From NCBI RefSeq assembly GCF_006345805.1, contig NC_042997.1, forward strand, positions 158,348,001 through 158,412,000: DNA of 64,000 bases, written 5' to 3'. The stretch comes from Octopus sinensis. Lineage: Eukaryota. Position 1 is the first letter of the stretch, and each line of letters begins with the position of its first letter. The notes beneath the pieces were generated by a model. It was not told the origin of the DNA. It did no database searches and was given only the letters and a program-made list of their open reading frames with translations. Made by a program: the position numbers and the translations under genes. This document shows, one piece after another, positions 38,096-50,765 of the stretch.

Positions 38096-38921
38096 AAGTT
38101 AGAAAGATCAGAACAGAAACTTTTAAAACTTGTTTCTAAGTGAACTTTCTAAACAAAGGAATACGTTTGTTCTCTAGATGTAGGAAACATGTTATTTTTC
38201 GAATGCCACTCAAAGTTCGCGACCATTGTTCATTGTTGATATTGTAATATTAGACTAGTTTGTTGTCACATTAGTTAGACTCGGAGTTTTATATATATAT
38301 AAAAAAATTTTACATCTTTTTAACATTATCTTCTCAGTACATTTTTAAATATGCCGTGTATGGTACAGGATCTCTCTCTAAAACAGAAATTTTAAAACAA
38401 ATTTAATGGTTTGGTAATATTAAACATTAAAATCGAACTGCTGGAACCCAGTTAAAATAATGAAAGAATATATTAATCGTAGAAGAGTTATTGGTTGGAA
38501 GCTGTTTAGATTAAATGCATTAGCACTTCATATTTGAAAGAACTGAATAAAACCGCTCCGAAGTAGAAGAATTCTTCTATATTAAGAATTAATACATGGA
38601 CGTTCAATTTATTAATTCATTTGAAAAATTTATAAATGATATTCCAAAATTATATTGTTTCTATGAACTATGAAAACTGTCAGAAAGACACTAGAAATTG
38701 TTTTCGGGAAATTTTCAACTCCAACGCGTTCTTTAACCCTTCTATAATGATTAGCATAATTGATCAACCGATAGCTGTTCATTTTGCAGATATGTGAGTT
38801 AAGAACATGTATCATGTTTATAACGAATGTGTTTCGTTGCCCTTCTTTGACTCTGAAATAAAATGACAAGTGTTTTTTTATTGAAAGAGAAAACAATTAA
38901 CTATGAATGCTTGAACATTCA

Positions 38922-39882
38922 TTTGAGGTGCATCAGAAAAGAAACAGGTTTTGGGCCACAAAAGAATTTATGTCAAACCCAAATTACAAGCTACAAGTTT
39001 TCACATCGAAGCAATCCCCCTCGAGACTAACGCAATTTCCTATCCGTCTTCGCCACGCGAAAATGCTCTCTCGGAAGAATTCTCCTGGGGATGTCAGCAG
39101 AATCGTCGTTACGATTCTCTACGTGGCTTCCACGCCAGGAAAATGGCTTCCCTTGCTGATATCACCCCTTGAACTTGAAGGTAAAGAAAAGATTACACGG
39201 CACTTAGTCGGGTGATTTGAGTGATTGTTCCAGCACGGCATTGTTCTTTTCAGCAAGGAACTTCCGGCTGCTCAGGACGTTGTGAGCCATTGTGTTGTCG
39301 TAGCGAAGTAACCATGAGTTGTCCTCCATAATTCTAGCCTCTCCTCGCGCAAATGCCACAGATCACTTTGTAGACATGCCGTAGCAACTGTTGCAGGATT
39401 TCTGTAGATACACTGGTTGATCGTCTGGCTTCGTAGCGATTCCCCTTACATCAAAGAATGTTATCAACGTTGGTTTCATTCCTGCTGCTGGAAAGCTTTC
39501 TGCTCCTGGGTTTGTCATCCACATCACCACGCCCCACTTTAAACTTATTGTGCCACTCGAAAATTTGTGAGCACGACATCATCTTCTCTCCGTATATTTG
39601 TTGCAGTAGTTCGAGTGAGTCTGACGGAGTTTTCTCCAACTGGACTAGAAACTTCGGATTGATACGTTGCTCAGAAACCATTACTTGACAGCCTAAAATC
39701 GAGGAGCTGTTGACAAAAGCACAAGGACAAACATACAATGGCTGCAGTGAGGAGAGATCGCAGTTATATACTCACCGGACATTACGTCACACAGCGATAT
39801 AATCCTTTAATCCTTATCCCACACTTGGCTCACAGGCTCACACAACACACAAGGTCCTGTTACTTTTCTGGCCCAGCTCGTA
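38922..39882 (-). mobile_element. Internally deleted mariner with both TIRs
   Basis: TIRs TTTGAGGTGCATCAGAAAAGAAAC (38922) and GTTACTTTTCTGGCCCAGCTCGTA (39859-39882). N-terminal HTH EQRINPKFLVQLEK..IFEWHNKFK.GR..V.DKPRS (39455-39700) is joined directly to the C-terminal catalytic part (EDNSWLLRYDN, KSPD, EGDCFD). Confidence 0.8.
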
Positions 39883-40424
39883 TGACCCACCAATTTAAAT
39901 TGTATTTTTAGAGTATATACACTTTTAGGATATGACACACGTGCGCGCGCGCACGCATATTTCGGCGTGGATGAATTGTTAAGAAATTCGGTCTGAAAAT
40001 ACATGGCTTCGAGCTCACTCCAAGTGCATGCTATTTTCAGCAAATGTGTTCTACAACCTAGGGTTAACCAACAATATGCGTATTGAAATAAGTAGACAAT
40101 AGACTGCAAAAATCCGTTATATATATATATATATATGTGTGTAAGTATACACATATGTGAATGTGTGTGTTTATGTGAATGTATGTATATGTGTGTATGT
40201 ATATGTTCATGGGCATATGTGCCGTTATGTTTTTATTTACATTGACACGACTTGAATAAAGATGCTCTGTGTTTGTTTTGTAACTTATTACTACGACAAA
40301 ATAATGCCGATTTGAAATGTGTCAGCGTTAAAACAAGTGTTAAGTCCGATAGAGTTAAGTAATATCATTCAATATATAGAGCCAGCATACCTCAATTGCT
40401 ATTGTTGATAAAAAGGTAAGAATA

Positions 40425-41770
40425 TATTGGGTCATCCCATAAATAATGCGGTTTTTTTCAATTGCGTGAAGTAAAAGTCGGAGGGGGACGGGATAAACTA
40501 CCTGCCTCAACTTGCTATCAAAGCAGGTAGAAATTTTACCTTGTTCTTACTCTTATGCAAGTTTTGAAGAACGGAGTTTTTTTTTATACAAAGCTACAGT
40601 AACAAAGGATCATATTCGGTTTATTTTGCTTTATGGGTTCACTAAAGGCAACACCGCAACGGAAAGTACGAGCAATAAATTAAGTACCAGTTACGTACTG
40701 GGGTCGATATAATCGACTTAATCCGTTTGTCTGTCCTTGTTTGTCCTCTCTGCGTTTCGCTCCTTGTGGGTAGTAAAAAACAATTTTTTTTTAATATTAA
40801 TGCAGTATATGGGGATCGGACAATAGGCGTAAGCCAGTGACAACGGTGATACCAGTAATTCTGAGCCAGTAATTACAGCTTAGAAGACAAGCCTTATCCT
40901 GGAAGATCCGTAGAGATCGACAAGGGCGTTCTGCAAACCCTGATGGAACAAAATCCCATCGTAAATGTTGAGAAACTAGCAAAGATCCTTGGATTTCATC
41001 ATTCAACCATTCATCGACACCTGCGTGCCATCGAGAAATTGGATCGATGGGTTTGTCACAAATATTCCGAGACTAATCGCGCGCAGAGAGTGAATGTTTG
41101 CTATTTTTTGCTATCACGTCTCATGAATGAATCTTTTTTTAATCGAGTAGTGACTGGGTCCTCTATAAACATGTCAAGCGCCGAAGAAAGAGGAAGCAGC
41201 GGCACCCCAGAATACATAAGGTCTTCATTCACGTAAAGTGTTGTTATCTGTTTGGTGGGATATGAAAGGTTTAGTCCACTTTGAACTTTTAAACCCAAAC
41301 CAAATGATAAACAAAGAAGATTTACTGCGAGCAGCTTGAGCGGCTTAAGACATTTCTAGAAGGAAAACGACCATATTTGCTTTCAAGACGAAAGGTGTTC
41401 TTCCATCTGGAGACATACGGCTACATACAATGAGGATGACATTCCAAAGGCTGGAGTAGTTTGAATGGGAAATGTTGCCACAACCACCATAAACGCCGGA
41501 CATTCACTTACCTGATTATCCTTTATTCTGCAATCTTCAAAATCATTTGGACGGAAAACACAAGAATTCTCTAGACGAAGTCAGAACAGTACTGGAGAAG
41601 TATTTTTCGTCTCGGATAAGTTAATTTTGGAAGAAGGGCATTGCAAGTCTACCAGATAGATTGAAGAGAATTTTAGAAGTGAAGGAGAGTATATTTCAGA
41701 TTAAAAAAGAATTTTATCATAATTTTGAATAATAAAAGAAGTATAGAAAAGCCGCAATATATATAGATAC
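40425..41770 (+). mobile_element. Near full-length decayed mariner (D,D34D) interrupted by a SINE
   Basis: 5' TIR TATTGGGTCATCCCATAAATAATGCGGTTTTT; KDHIRFILLYGFTKGN..; INAVYGD; STIHRHL..KLDRWVCH; KVLLSVWWDMKG; WEMLPQPP*TPD; EGEYISD*; eroded 3' TIR near 41750. Confidence 0.85.
40675..40785 (+). mobile_element. 5'-truncated SINE inserted into the mariner ORF
   Basis: TAAGTACCAGTTACGTACTGGGGTCGAT...GTGGGTAGTAAA splits ...ESTSN / INAVYGD. Confidence 0.8.
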
Positions 41771-42159
41771 ATGTGAGTGTGGTGTGTGTGTGTGTGTGTG
41801 TGTCTGTCTGTCTGTCTGTCTGTCTGTGTCTGTATTTGTGTGTACGTTTGCGTGTATGTTAGTATGCAAGTATGTATGTCTGCAAGCACACACACGCACG
41901 CACACTCACCCACTCACTCATTCACTCACACAGACACGCACATACATGTATGCACGCACACACATGTATGCACACACACACACAAATACGCACGTATATA
42001 CCTATATAAGTGAATGGACAAAATAAAGTGGCTCTTAACACATTTGATGGGATTTACATATACATTTTCTTATTAGTTTTTATAAGAGCTGAGACTTATA
42101 TATAAAGTATGTCCATGAAACATATATGTATGTATGCATAAGTGTGTGCATTTCCTTAA

Positions 42160-42172
42160 GTTCACGTATATA

Positions 42173-42219
<47 letters not shown>

Positions 42220-42378
42220 TAAATGAAGATGGCGGTGATTTATCTCGATGTTAGAGAATATATGCAAGTAAAGCCAATATGAGAGTTTCTCTCATGGTAT
42301 TTACTGCAGTATAGTTTGTTCTAATAGTACAAGTGGGAACACACACACACACATACACACACACACACACACACACAT

Positions 42379-42433
<55 letters not shown>

Positions 42434-42480
42434 TATACATATATACATACGTATATATAAATATACACACACACACACAC

Positions 42481-42541
<61 letters not shown>

Positions 42542-42545
42542 GCAT
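42160..42545. repeat. Compound (TA)n/(CA)n microsatellite field
   Basis: Directly visible. Confidence 0.9.
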
Positions 42546-42942
42546 ATGGGAATGAGCGGGTATGTGTATATGTGCCTGTCTGATTATTTCGATCAAGGTC
42601 TTTTTTAAGGAAATCATTTACCTTTATTATGTATGCGATGCTTTCTGGGATGATTTGTAAGTCAAGATTTTGTTTTAAATTTACTTTCTTAAATTTAGCA
42701 CCAGTGTGTGTTTAACGACTGCATCAAAATCAGATCTATCATTTTCCATACTTCTAAAACATTACTAATCGGTTGCGACACAGTAATACTTGAGCTGAAT
42801 TAGGCCTAAATAATTAAGTAGTTGGCAAATATATGAAAAATCATTCGTTGAAACTTTTCTGGCATTTTTCACAATTCACGTCTTTTCGTTATTTCAAAAC
42901 CTTATACTTGCTAAATGATTAATCTTACAACATGCAGTTCTC

Positions 42943-43495
42943 GAAGGCGGCGAGGTGGCAGAATCGTTAGCACGTCGGGCGAAATGCTTAGCGGTATTTC
43001 GTCTACCGATACGTTCTGAGATCAAATTCCGTCGAGGTCGACTTTGCCTTTCATCCTTTCGGGGTCGATTAAATAAGTATCAGTTACGCACTGGATCGAT
43101 GTAATCGACTTAACCCGTTTGTCTGTCATTTGTCCTCTCTGTGTTTAGCCCCTTGTGGGTAGCAAAGAAATAGGTATTTCGTCTGAGTTCAAATTTTATC
43201 GAGGTTGGCTTTGCCTTTCATCGTTTCGTAGTCGATTAAATAAGTACCAGTTACGCACTGGGGTCGATATAATCGACTTAATCCGTTTGTCTGTCCATGT
43301 TTGTCCTCTCTGTGTTTAGCCCCCTTGTGTGCAGTAAAGAAATAGGTATTTCGTCTCAGTTCAAATTCCGTCAAGATTGACTTTGCCTTTCATCCTTTCG
43401 GGGTCGATAAATCAAGTACCAATTGCATACTGGGGTCGATCTAATCGACTGGTCCCTTACTCCAAAATTTCGGGCCTTGTGCCTAGAGCAGAAAA
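42943..43495 (+). mobile_element. Head-to-tail SINE trimer (one head, three central domains)
   Basis: GGTATTTCGTCT at 42993, 43173 and 43345, each followed by a B-box-like GTTCAAATT and GCCTTTCATC..TCG..GTCGAT. Confidence 0.85.
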
Positions 43496-43870
43496 GAATA
43501 TACATTTCTCGAACGTGTTTGTCCTTCGCAAAAATCATGTCAGATCTGATTCTCAAATTATACTCCACAGCTATGATGCAGCTATGTGATACCGCTGACG
43601 ACTCCATAAAAGTCCGGATGATATCTTACCGATAATTACATGTAAGGAAATACCATGAAAATTACTACAGCAATATTAGTATTGTATCTCTCGAATGTTA
43701 TGGATGTGAGAAATCATTTCACACGTTGAGAATCAATGTGTTAACAAGACTAGCCATTACATCCACGTGCTTAATAAACTGGAGTGGAATGCCATCATTT
43801 TCTACTGTCTATCCTGAATTATGATAATAAATGGCAAATTATAATCCGTGTACCTTAAATTTACTTACTA

Positions 43871-43980
43871 TCTATATCTTATAAAAGACCTTACTTCTGA
43901 AGCTGTTTCCACCTCGAGTGAAAGGGGTGTAAAAAAGAATATGAAATAATTCGTCTGTTTCTGAGAATATTTTCAGTATC
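43871..43980 (+). mobile_element. Possible Helitron-like 5' end
   Basis: TCTATATCTTATAAAAG resembles TC-start non-autonomous Helitron termini; no 3' CTAG hairpin located. Confidence 0.2.
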
Positions 43981-44291
43981 AGTGATGAATGGTAACCCAA
44001 CATTGGAGTGTAATGAATTTTGTTTGTTTGTTTGCGAAGATCAAATATGTGTGTAATATTTAAAACTATATAGAAAACAGTTTGATTCGGGTCTTGGGCG
44101 ACTTAAAGTTTCGCAGGCTACTTACAGAAACATAGCTCATTCAGGATCAGATTACCAAACTTTGTAATTTAATTCAGTTATCTGAGCATTTACAAACTAG
44201 GTTTCTGTGAGAAGCCGACAAAACTTAAACTTACATCAAGCCAAATCAATCTGTTTTAAATAATAATATATGAAACCCCTACCTATTTTGT

Positions 44292-44322
<31 letters not shown>

Positions 44323-44949
44323 GCATGCACTCAAAGCGTAGGCTCGATACGTAAAAGACTTTTCCATTTTTCCCGAGGGTCAAACTAAGACGCTTGTTGT
44401 CGCTATACTGTCTACTTCGCTGTTTCTCGATAAATTTGAGCTATATATATATATATATATTATATATATATATATATTATATATATATACATATACATAT
44501 ACATATGCATATATATGCATATATGTATGTATATGTGTATATATGTTATACATATTTGCATATATATATATATAATATATATATATATATACATATATAT
44601 ATAATCATTTTTATCATATGCCAGCCATATATCTATGAATATGCTCACCATTTATATCCTATCCCTGCTCTCCTACCCTGTTTGCGCCGCTTCAAAACTG
44701 ATTAAACTGCTCTGTGGTACTTTAGTAATACTTAATACTTAACTAATGTTCGGATAATTTTTGAATTGATATTATCTCTGAATTATGTCTCCAAATACTT
44801 TTTGTGTTTGCCTGTCCTAAAGCCTAAAATACAGGCGGCAAAAACATTTTATTTGAAGTGTTTCACTTGACCCTAATGCAGTAAATTTTCAAAAGATTTG
44901 ATAATAGAGACATGTGTTTTATGTTATAGCGTCTTGCAGTTAACTAGTA

Positions 44950-45800
44950 TGCACATTTTCGGAGATATCGTGGTATATGGCTGATCTGTTTCCAAACAAT
45001 TATTTCCAGTTTTGTCGAATAAGCTATTGACCCTTCTAGTACATAGCCTTAAGCACAACGTTGCACTATAACAGATCTTGCCTGTTGTAGTTTAAAAAAG
45101 GCGGCACTTTCTTTAATATGTTTCCTTGTTCAAGTATTTTGCTAATACACTGTGTGCCCTTTTGAGAATGTAAATATTATTAGTTGGGTAGCTACGGAAC
45201 TAACCCATACCACAACCTTTTCTTTCTCTCTGATTTAAGTAATAATCTGATATTTCTGTAATATTCTTACTTAAATATTTTGTTCATGTTTTGTGTGCCA
45301 TTATTTCTAAGTAATAGTAAGACTTTGTTGTATCTAATTCTCTTATGTCTATTTCAGTTGAACTCAATTATCACGTTAAGAAAATTTTCAGCCGAATCCT
45401 ACAGCTATTCCTCTGATAAACTTATATACTATTTATCGCGTGGTTTCTGTTTGTTTATCACTTGCAGCATACATACAATAGGTTGTATGTTGGCTAACTG
45501 AGATTTTCCTTCTAAAGTACTTTTGTATAAGACCACCTTGTTATAATAACATTGGTAAAGTTAGAAATCACTTTGAGCGCCTTAGTGCCTTTTAAATGTA
45601 TTTCTCACAAAGATGGGGTTAGTTTTTCCTTAAAACTCACTTTCTACTTTTTGTAGAATTGTCTGACATTTGCCCGTGACACATTTTTGTGTCGATCCGC
45701 ATTATTATCTTCAGTATCTAATAATTTATCCGTCATGCAGAAACACTTTCCCCATTCTACGATCCGTACTTACGCCTTCATTTCTCAGTAACTGATCTTT
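44950..45800 (-). mobile_element. Possible very old Sola1-like transposase remnant
   Basis: Short motifs in the expected order on the minus strand (KDQ, YFRRKISV, WVSS..TQ, FSKGHT, QPY) among many stops. Confidence 0.3.
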
Positions 45801-46053
45801 ACAGCCATGCATACTTTGTAACATTCCTTGATTTTTAGAAAAGAGTTGTTTGTATATTACTGTTATTTTATTTATTTCCCGCAGCCAATACCTTGTTAGC
45901 GGCCAGATGGCATGGATCTCTACATTTTAAGATTTGTTGTTTCTTTACTCTTTGGAATTAAAATAATTTTTGCCACACAATGTAAATATCTTGCTTCCTT
46001 TTTTGTTTAAGTCAGTATATTATTAAACAATTATCATAATAACTTACCTATGT

Positions 46054-46366
46054 GGAGGCACATGGCTTAGTGGTCAGTGTATTCGGCTCAAGATCGTGAG
46101 TTCAATTCCCAGTGATGCGTTGTGTCATTGAGCAACACACTATATTTTACGCTACTGCAGTCCACTCAGCTGGCAAAAATGAGTAGTACCTGTATTTCAA
46201 AGGAACAACCTTGTCACGTTTTGTGTCACACTGAGTCTTCCTGAGAACTACGTTAAAGGTAGACGTGTCAGTAGAATGCTTGTCCACTTGGACGTTAATT
46301 CTACGAGGAAGCTGGTCCGTTGATCTGATCAATTGGAATCTTCACCATCGAAACTGACGTGGTTAT
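46054..46366 (+). mobile_element. tRNA-derived SINE, third family, with imperfect TSD
   Basis: GGAGGCACATGGCTTAGTGGT...GAGTTCAATTCCC head; CTTACCTATGT (46043-53) and CTTACCTGTGT (46367-77) flank it. Confidence 0.75.
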
Positions 46367-46599
46367 CTTACCTGTGTTCATTAAACATTTCTACTACAGT
46401 TATTGTAATGATCATTAACTATTTTTGTGAATAATGTTTATCTATGATTGGAGATATGAGCAGTCAATAGAGTGGAAAATACAAATACGCACCACTAAGT
46501 TTTTAAAAACAAATGACATATTCAAACAAAAATACAGAAAATAGGAACGAATGAAAACGGAAATTGAATAGGGAGAGCCAACTGTACAGATATACATCT

Positions 46600-46955
46600 A
46601 AGCGAGTTTTAAAATGTGTGGGAGTGAGAACCATTTCAGAGCTTTCTGTCTAAAAGGAGGTAAGGAAACAGATGATAAAATGTGGTGATAGCTAAAATTT
46701 AACCAACGAATCCACAAATGTAATACATCTATTTTTAACGTTCCTGGTGCAACTAAACACCTAGTTTCTACATAACTCCCAGTGGTTGTCATGTCTAGGT
46801 TGTCATGTCTTTTATTGTATTCTTTCCAGCATGTTACATTCACTTACTTTCCTCCTTTGATATACATAACCTATATCGGGAATCTACTTGGTGCATATCT
46901 ACCTTTGGATTTTATTCAATTAGTCCTTAGTACCCGATCTTGTGCTGCTAATGTA
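46600..46955 (-). mobile_element. Old R4/Dong-like fragment (copy C)
   Basis: TLAAQDRVLRTN*IKSK, DSRYRLC..KEES, KEYNKRHDNL. Confidence 0.7.
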
Positions 46956-47133
46956 TTGATATTATTATTATTACTTTTTTTTCTTCTTTGAAATTTGCTT
47001 CCATTTCTTGCCGAGTGTCTTCCCGACTCCTAGGGTAAAGAAACTCATAGGTAGGCCATTAAACCAAACTCAGTAGTTCGTTCATTTTTTTTTTTTTTTA
47101 AGTTAAATTAAAATACATGAGCAGCAACAGTTC

Positions 47134-47877
47134 TCACATCGACAATGCTCTTCTCAATACGTGTGATGTACCAGTTAAGACAATCTTTTGCACTTCTTGC
47201 AGGGATGGTAAGCCAGGAATCATTCTCATATAATTTTCGGTTCCCTTCTTGATCATTCCTAGTGCTCCTACGATCACTGGTATTGTAACCGTCTTGAGAT
47301 GCCACATTTTCTCAATTTCAATGAGTAGGTCTTTATATTTTCTGAGCTTGTCAAACTCTTTCGCTGAGATATTATAATCACAGGGGATGCTCATGTCGAT
47401 CAATAAGCAAACTTTATTGTTTTGGTCTTTCACAACAATATCTGCTTTATTGGCCTTGATGGTTCGGTCTGTATGTACTGGAAAGTCCCACAGAATGGTT
47501 ACATTTTCTCCTTCAGTTACAGCCTCAGGGTGGTGATTATACCACTTGTCGGCAGTTTTGATATTGTAATGCCGACTTATTAGACAGTGGAGAATTTGGC
47601 CAACTCTGTCATGTCTTAATTTATACTCCACTGGTGCTAAGACTTTACATCCAGAGATTAGGTGGTCCACTGTTTCAATCATGTCGTTGCAGAATCGGCA
47701 TTTTGGGTCTGCTCCATTTTTCATCACATTGGCCTGGTAGTTCCGGGTTAATAGGCTTTGATCTTGAGCAGCCAGGATGAAACCTTCGCTCTCTGCTTTT
47801 AGCCCTGAGCTCCGTAGCCACTGATGGGTTTGCTGCCGCGGGTCACATATTTGCCGTACAGAGGTTTCTCCTCCCAC
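47134..47877 (-). pseudogene. R4/Dong CCHC zinc knuckle plus restriction-like endonuclease (frameshifted)
   Basis: CRFCNDMIETVDHLISGC, RHD, LWDFPVHTDRTIKANKADIVVKD..LLIDMSIP..KEFDKLRKYKDL. The RPD motif reads KAD. Confidence 0.9.
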
Positions 47878-47988
47878 CTATCAGCCAATTGCTCGTGCGC
47901 TTTTTTTATTGCCATCATTTTCACCTTCTTTGCAACAATAGTTGCCGTACTTCCCTCGGGTTGTTCAGTTTGGGTATCCTGCACGAGA

Positions 47989-49107
47989 TCAATAGCAAAT
48001 TTTTTGCTTTCCTTTATGATAGAATGAAGCTTCTTTCGTCTCGTGATTTTCCACGAGCTTTAGCATCCAGTCATTCGATATTTCGAGATATTTGGCCAGT
48101 CCAATTGTGGTTGTTTTGTAAGCTAGTTCAAATTGGATCAGGCCTCGACCTCCTTGGGCTCTAGGAAGGTAAAGGCTATCTACGTCTGCCTTTGGGTGGT
48201 GCATCCTATTACAACTCAGCAGCTTGCGTATTTTTCTATCTATATTCTTTACTTCACTCATATTCCAGTTCAACACATTGTAGCTATAAGTAACAACAGG
48301 AACTGCTAAGGAATTTATAGCTAACACCTTGTTACGTGCATTTAGTTCAGATTTCAGGACTGCACGAACTCTCCTATAACATTCCTTCCTGATTTTCTCT
48401 TTCATGCTTGCATGCTGAATACCAGAGCCTTCATTTATCCCTAAATATTTGTATGTTTGTTCTTGCTCAAGCTCTCTTATGACTGTGTCAACATCTAACA
48501 CGACTGAATTTGTGGTCTTCACTTTCCCTTTCTGGAAAGTGGCCTTGGCACACTTCTCAAGTCCAAACTCCATCCCGATGTCATCGCTGAATGCTTTCAC
48601 GGTGCGCAATAGGCCTTCAAGTTCATTATTGTCTTTACCATAAAGTTTTAAGTCATCCATATAAAATAGATGGCTTATTTTTTTATTGGCAATTTTATAC
48701 CCATACCCTGTTCTGTTTAATTCACTTGTAAGGGGTATTAGGGCTATGCAGAATATTAAAGGTGAAAGTGAGTCACCTTGAAAAATTCCACAGTTGATGT
48801 TTATATTTTCTGAGGCAAGTACTCCATTGGAGTGGTATAATTGGAGATTCGTATTCCACAACGACATATTGTGCTTCAGGAAGTTTGAAATCACAGGGGA
48901 AATTTTGAAGATGTCCAGCGATCTCAAGATCCATGGATGCGGTATACTGTCGAAGGCCTTTTTGTAGTCAATCCATGCGGTGCTGAGATTTCTGCGCTTG
49001 TGACAGTTCTCAAGGATCATACGATTGATTAGCAGTTGATCTTTGCATCCGTAAGAGCCTCGGCGGCACCCTTTTTGTCCAATGGGGAAAATATCGTTCT
49101 TCTCCAT
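47989..49107 (-). pseudogene. R4/Dong reverse transcriptase (5'-truncated; frameshift near 48010)
   Basis: QKGCRR..GCKDQLLI, WIDYKKAFDS, GIFQGDSLSPL, YMDDLKLY, GMEFGLEKC, YKYLG, PRAQGGRGL. Confidence 0.92.
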
Positions 49108-49114
49108 GAATGCA

Positions 49115-49232
<118 letters not shown>

Positions 49233-49234
49233 TA

Positions 49235-50765
49235 CTTTATAGTTGATTTTTATGCGAGCTGTTCCAACTCACTCTCAAACACCCGAACTTGCTCTTGCAT
49301 GTTTTATTATGGTTGTTGTTTATGATTAGCAATGGTATATTGCACGGCGATGAGAGCAGAATCTGAGAATTCAAATGTTGTTCAATTTGCTATATTTTAG
49401 TTTTAAAACAGCTCTAAAAGAATCAGGTATTTTCTAGTCAATGTTTTTCTTATGATGTCGTCAGTAAAATTGAGAATAATGTTGCGTAGTCTAGGGTTTC
49501 CATGTTATGTGATGATAGTGTTTAAGAGCGCCTTTAGGCATTGTTCTCAAGGTTTCGATTATCACAGTTGCAGTTGTTGTTCTTCTATTTCACAAGTTAG
49601 AATCTCCCTATTTGAATGGCCTTATATTTACTTCATTTTTCAAACGTTTTACAGAAGTGCTGCAGTTTGCTGGGTTTGTCACAGCTATGAGGAGATTTGT
49701 TTTCAGAACGTGATTTTCTACCATGATATCTAGCCTATTGACCTGTATAGCACAATCAGTTTGAAAACTAAAGACCCAAAGAACGGTGATATATTTAATT
49801 TCTACTACTTTTTAGGCTTATATTCCCAATACTTCTTCTCATATGAGAATTCAGACTTGTGGCATATGATACATTGTAAATACTGGCCGTCTGTTATGGT
49901 GATTAATATATTCATTTGAAGCTAGCGTAGAATCTCCAAGAAGTAGGTGATCAATTGTTTCCCTGACTACACTTGAAAAGCGGCAGGCAAGATCGGTTAA
50001 GTAGTTAAGAATGCTTACTCAGTAGATTCTGGTGGAAAGAAACCGCTACAATGAAGCTATCTGTTTCTGATGTAGGCCCAGGTGCAACCAACAACTGACG
50101 GGTAATATTTGTATCAACATCAGGATCGATGTTACTTGTAGGTATTTGTCATGCAATGCCTTGCTTTTCCATTAGTTCCTACCGTCCATTCGAGCTTCGG
50201 GATTTCATTTGATTTGGCTGGTATATTTATCTCTTTTACTATCACAGTGGGTTCTCCTGCTCTATTTTATTGTGTCTTAATCTCGTTGATTCTCGATAAT
50301 TCCTGTACATTTTTTTTGCTTCTTGTGATACTGAGTACATTTGTTTTCCATTCATGTTTGCAGACAAGTGTCAACATCCAGTCATTAGTGTTTTTTAATA
50401 CACCACAATCCCTATAGGTGTTATTTTTAAAGACAGTTGCAGCTGCATCAGTCGATGTCCCCTATTCTTTCGTGTTTGTCTATATAGTTTGCCTTTTGTT
50501 GATGCATACAGTGCATCATGAGGAGCTTGCGCATAATTTTGTATAAGTTTTACTGATCGCACTGATGGAAATCTTTTTAATAGTAAAACTGTAGATCACA
50601 ATATGTTCAGTTAAGTTATTGATTGCATCATCCTGTTTCTCACATGAAGTTCGCTTCTTAAGATGGCTCTAACGCTATAGTTATATGCTGTGTTGCCGTG
50701 CATTTGTAGAAGATATATTTCATCCCTTTCACATACAACTAAACATTTGTAATTTTGTTTTTCAG
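49235..50765 (-). mobile_element. Old decayed R4/Dong-like LINE (copy A)
   Basis: VRAILRSELH.RN, MRKLLMMHCMH, NTNDWMLTLVCKHE, WKSKALHDKY, TSETDSFIVA, IDHLLLG, NRLDIMVEN, TVIIETL.TMPKG; its 3' end runs into (TAA)n. Confidence 0.75.

Larger units (their letters stand above)
46978..49112 (-). mobile_element. Young 5'-truncated R4/Dong-like RLE LINE (copy B) between TAA tracts
   Basis: RT, CCHC and RLE in order; 3' UTR ends AAAGAAGAAAAAAAAG-TAATAATAAT; the 5' end abuts about 39 TAA units. Confidence 0.92.

Noticed and set aside
42943-43495. Regularly spaced repeats considered as a CRISPR-like array (also 52260-52680)
   Set aside because: Units are contiguous SINE or satellite copies without unique spacers, and the context is eukaryotic.
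43571-43647. Acceptor/donor-bounded segment (CCACAG...AT/GTAAGG)
   Set aside because: All three frames contain stops.
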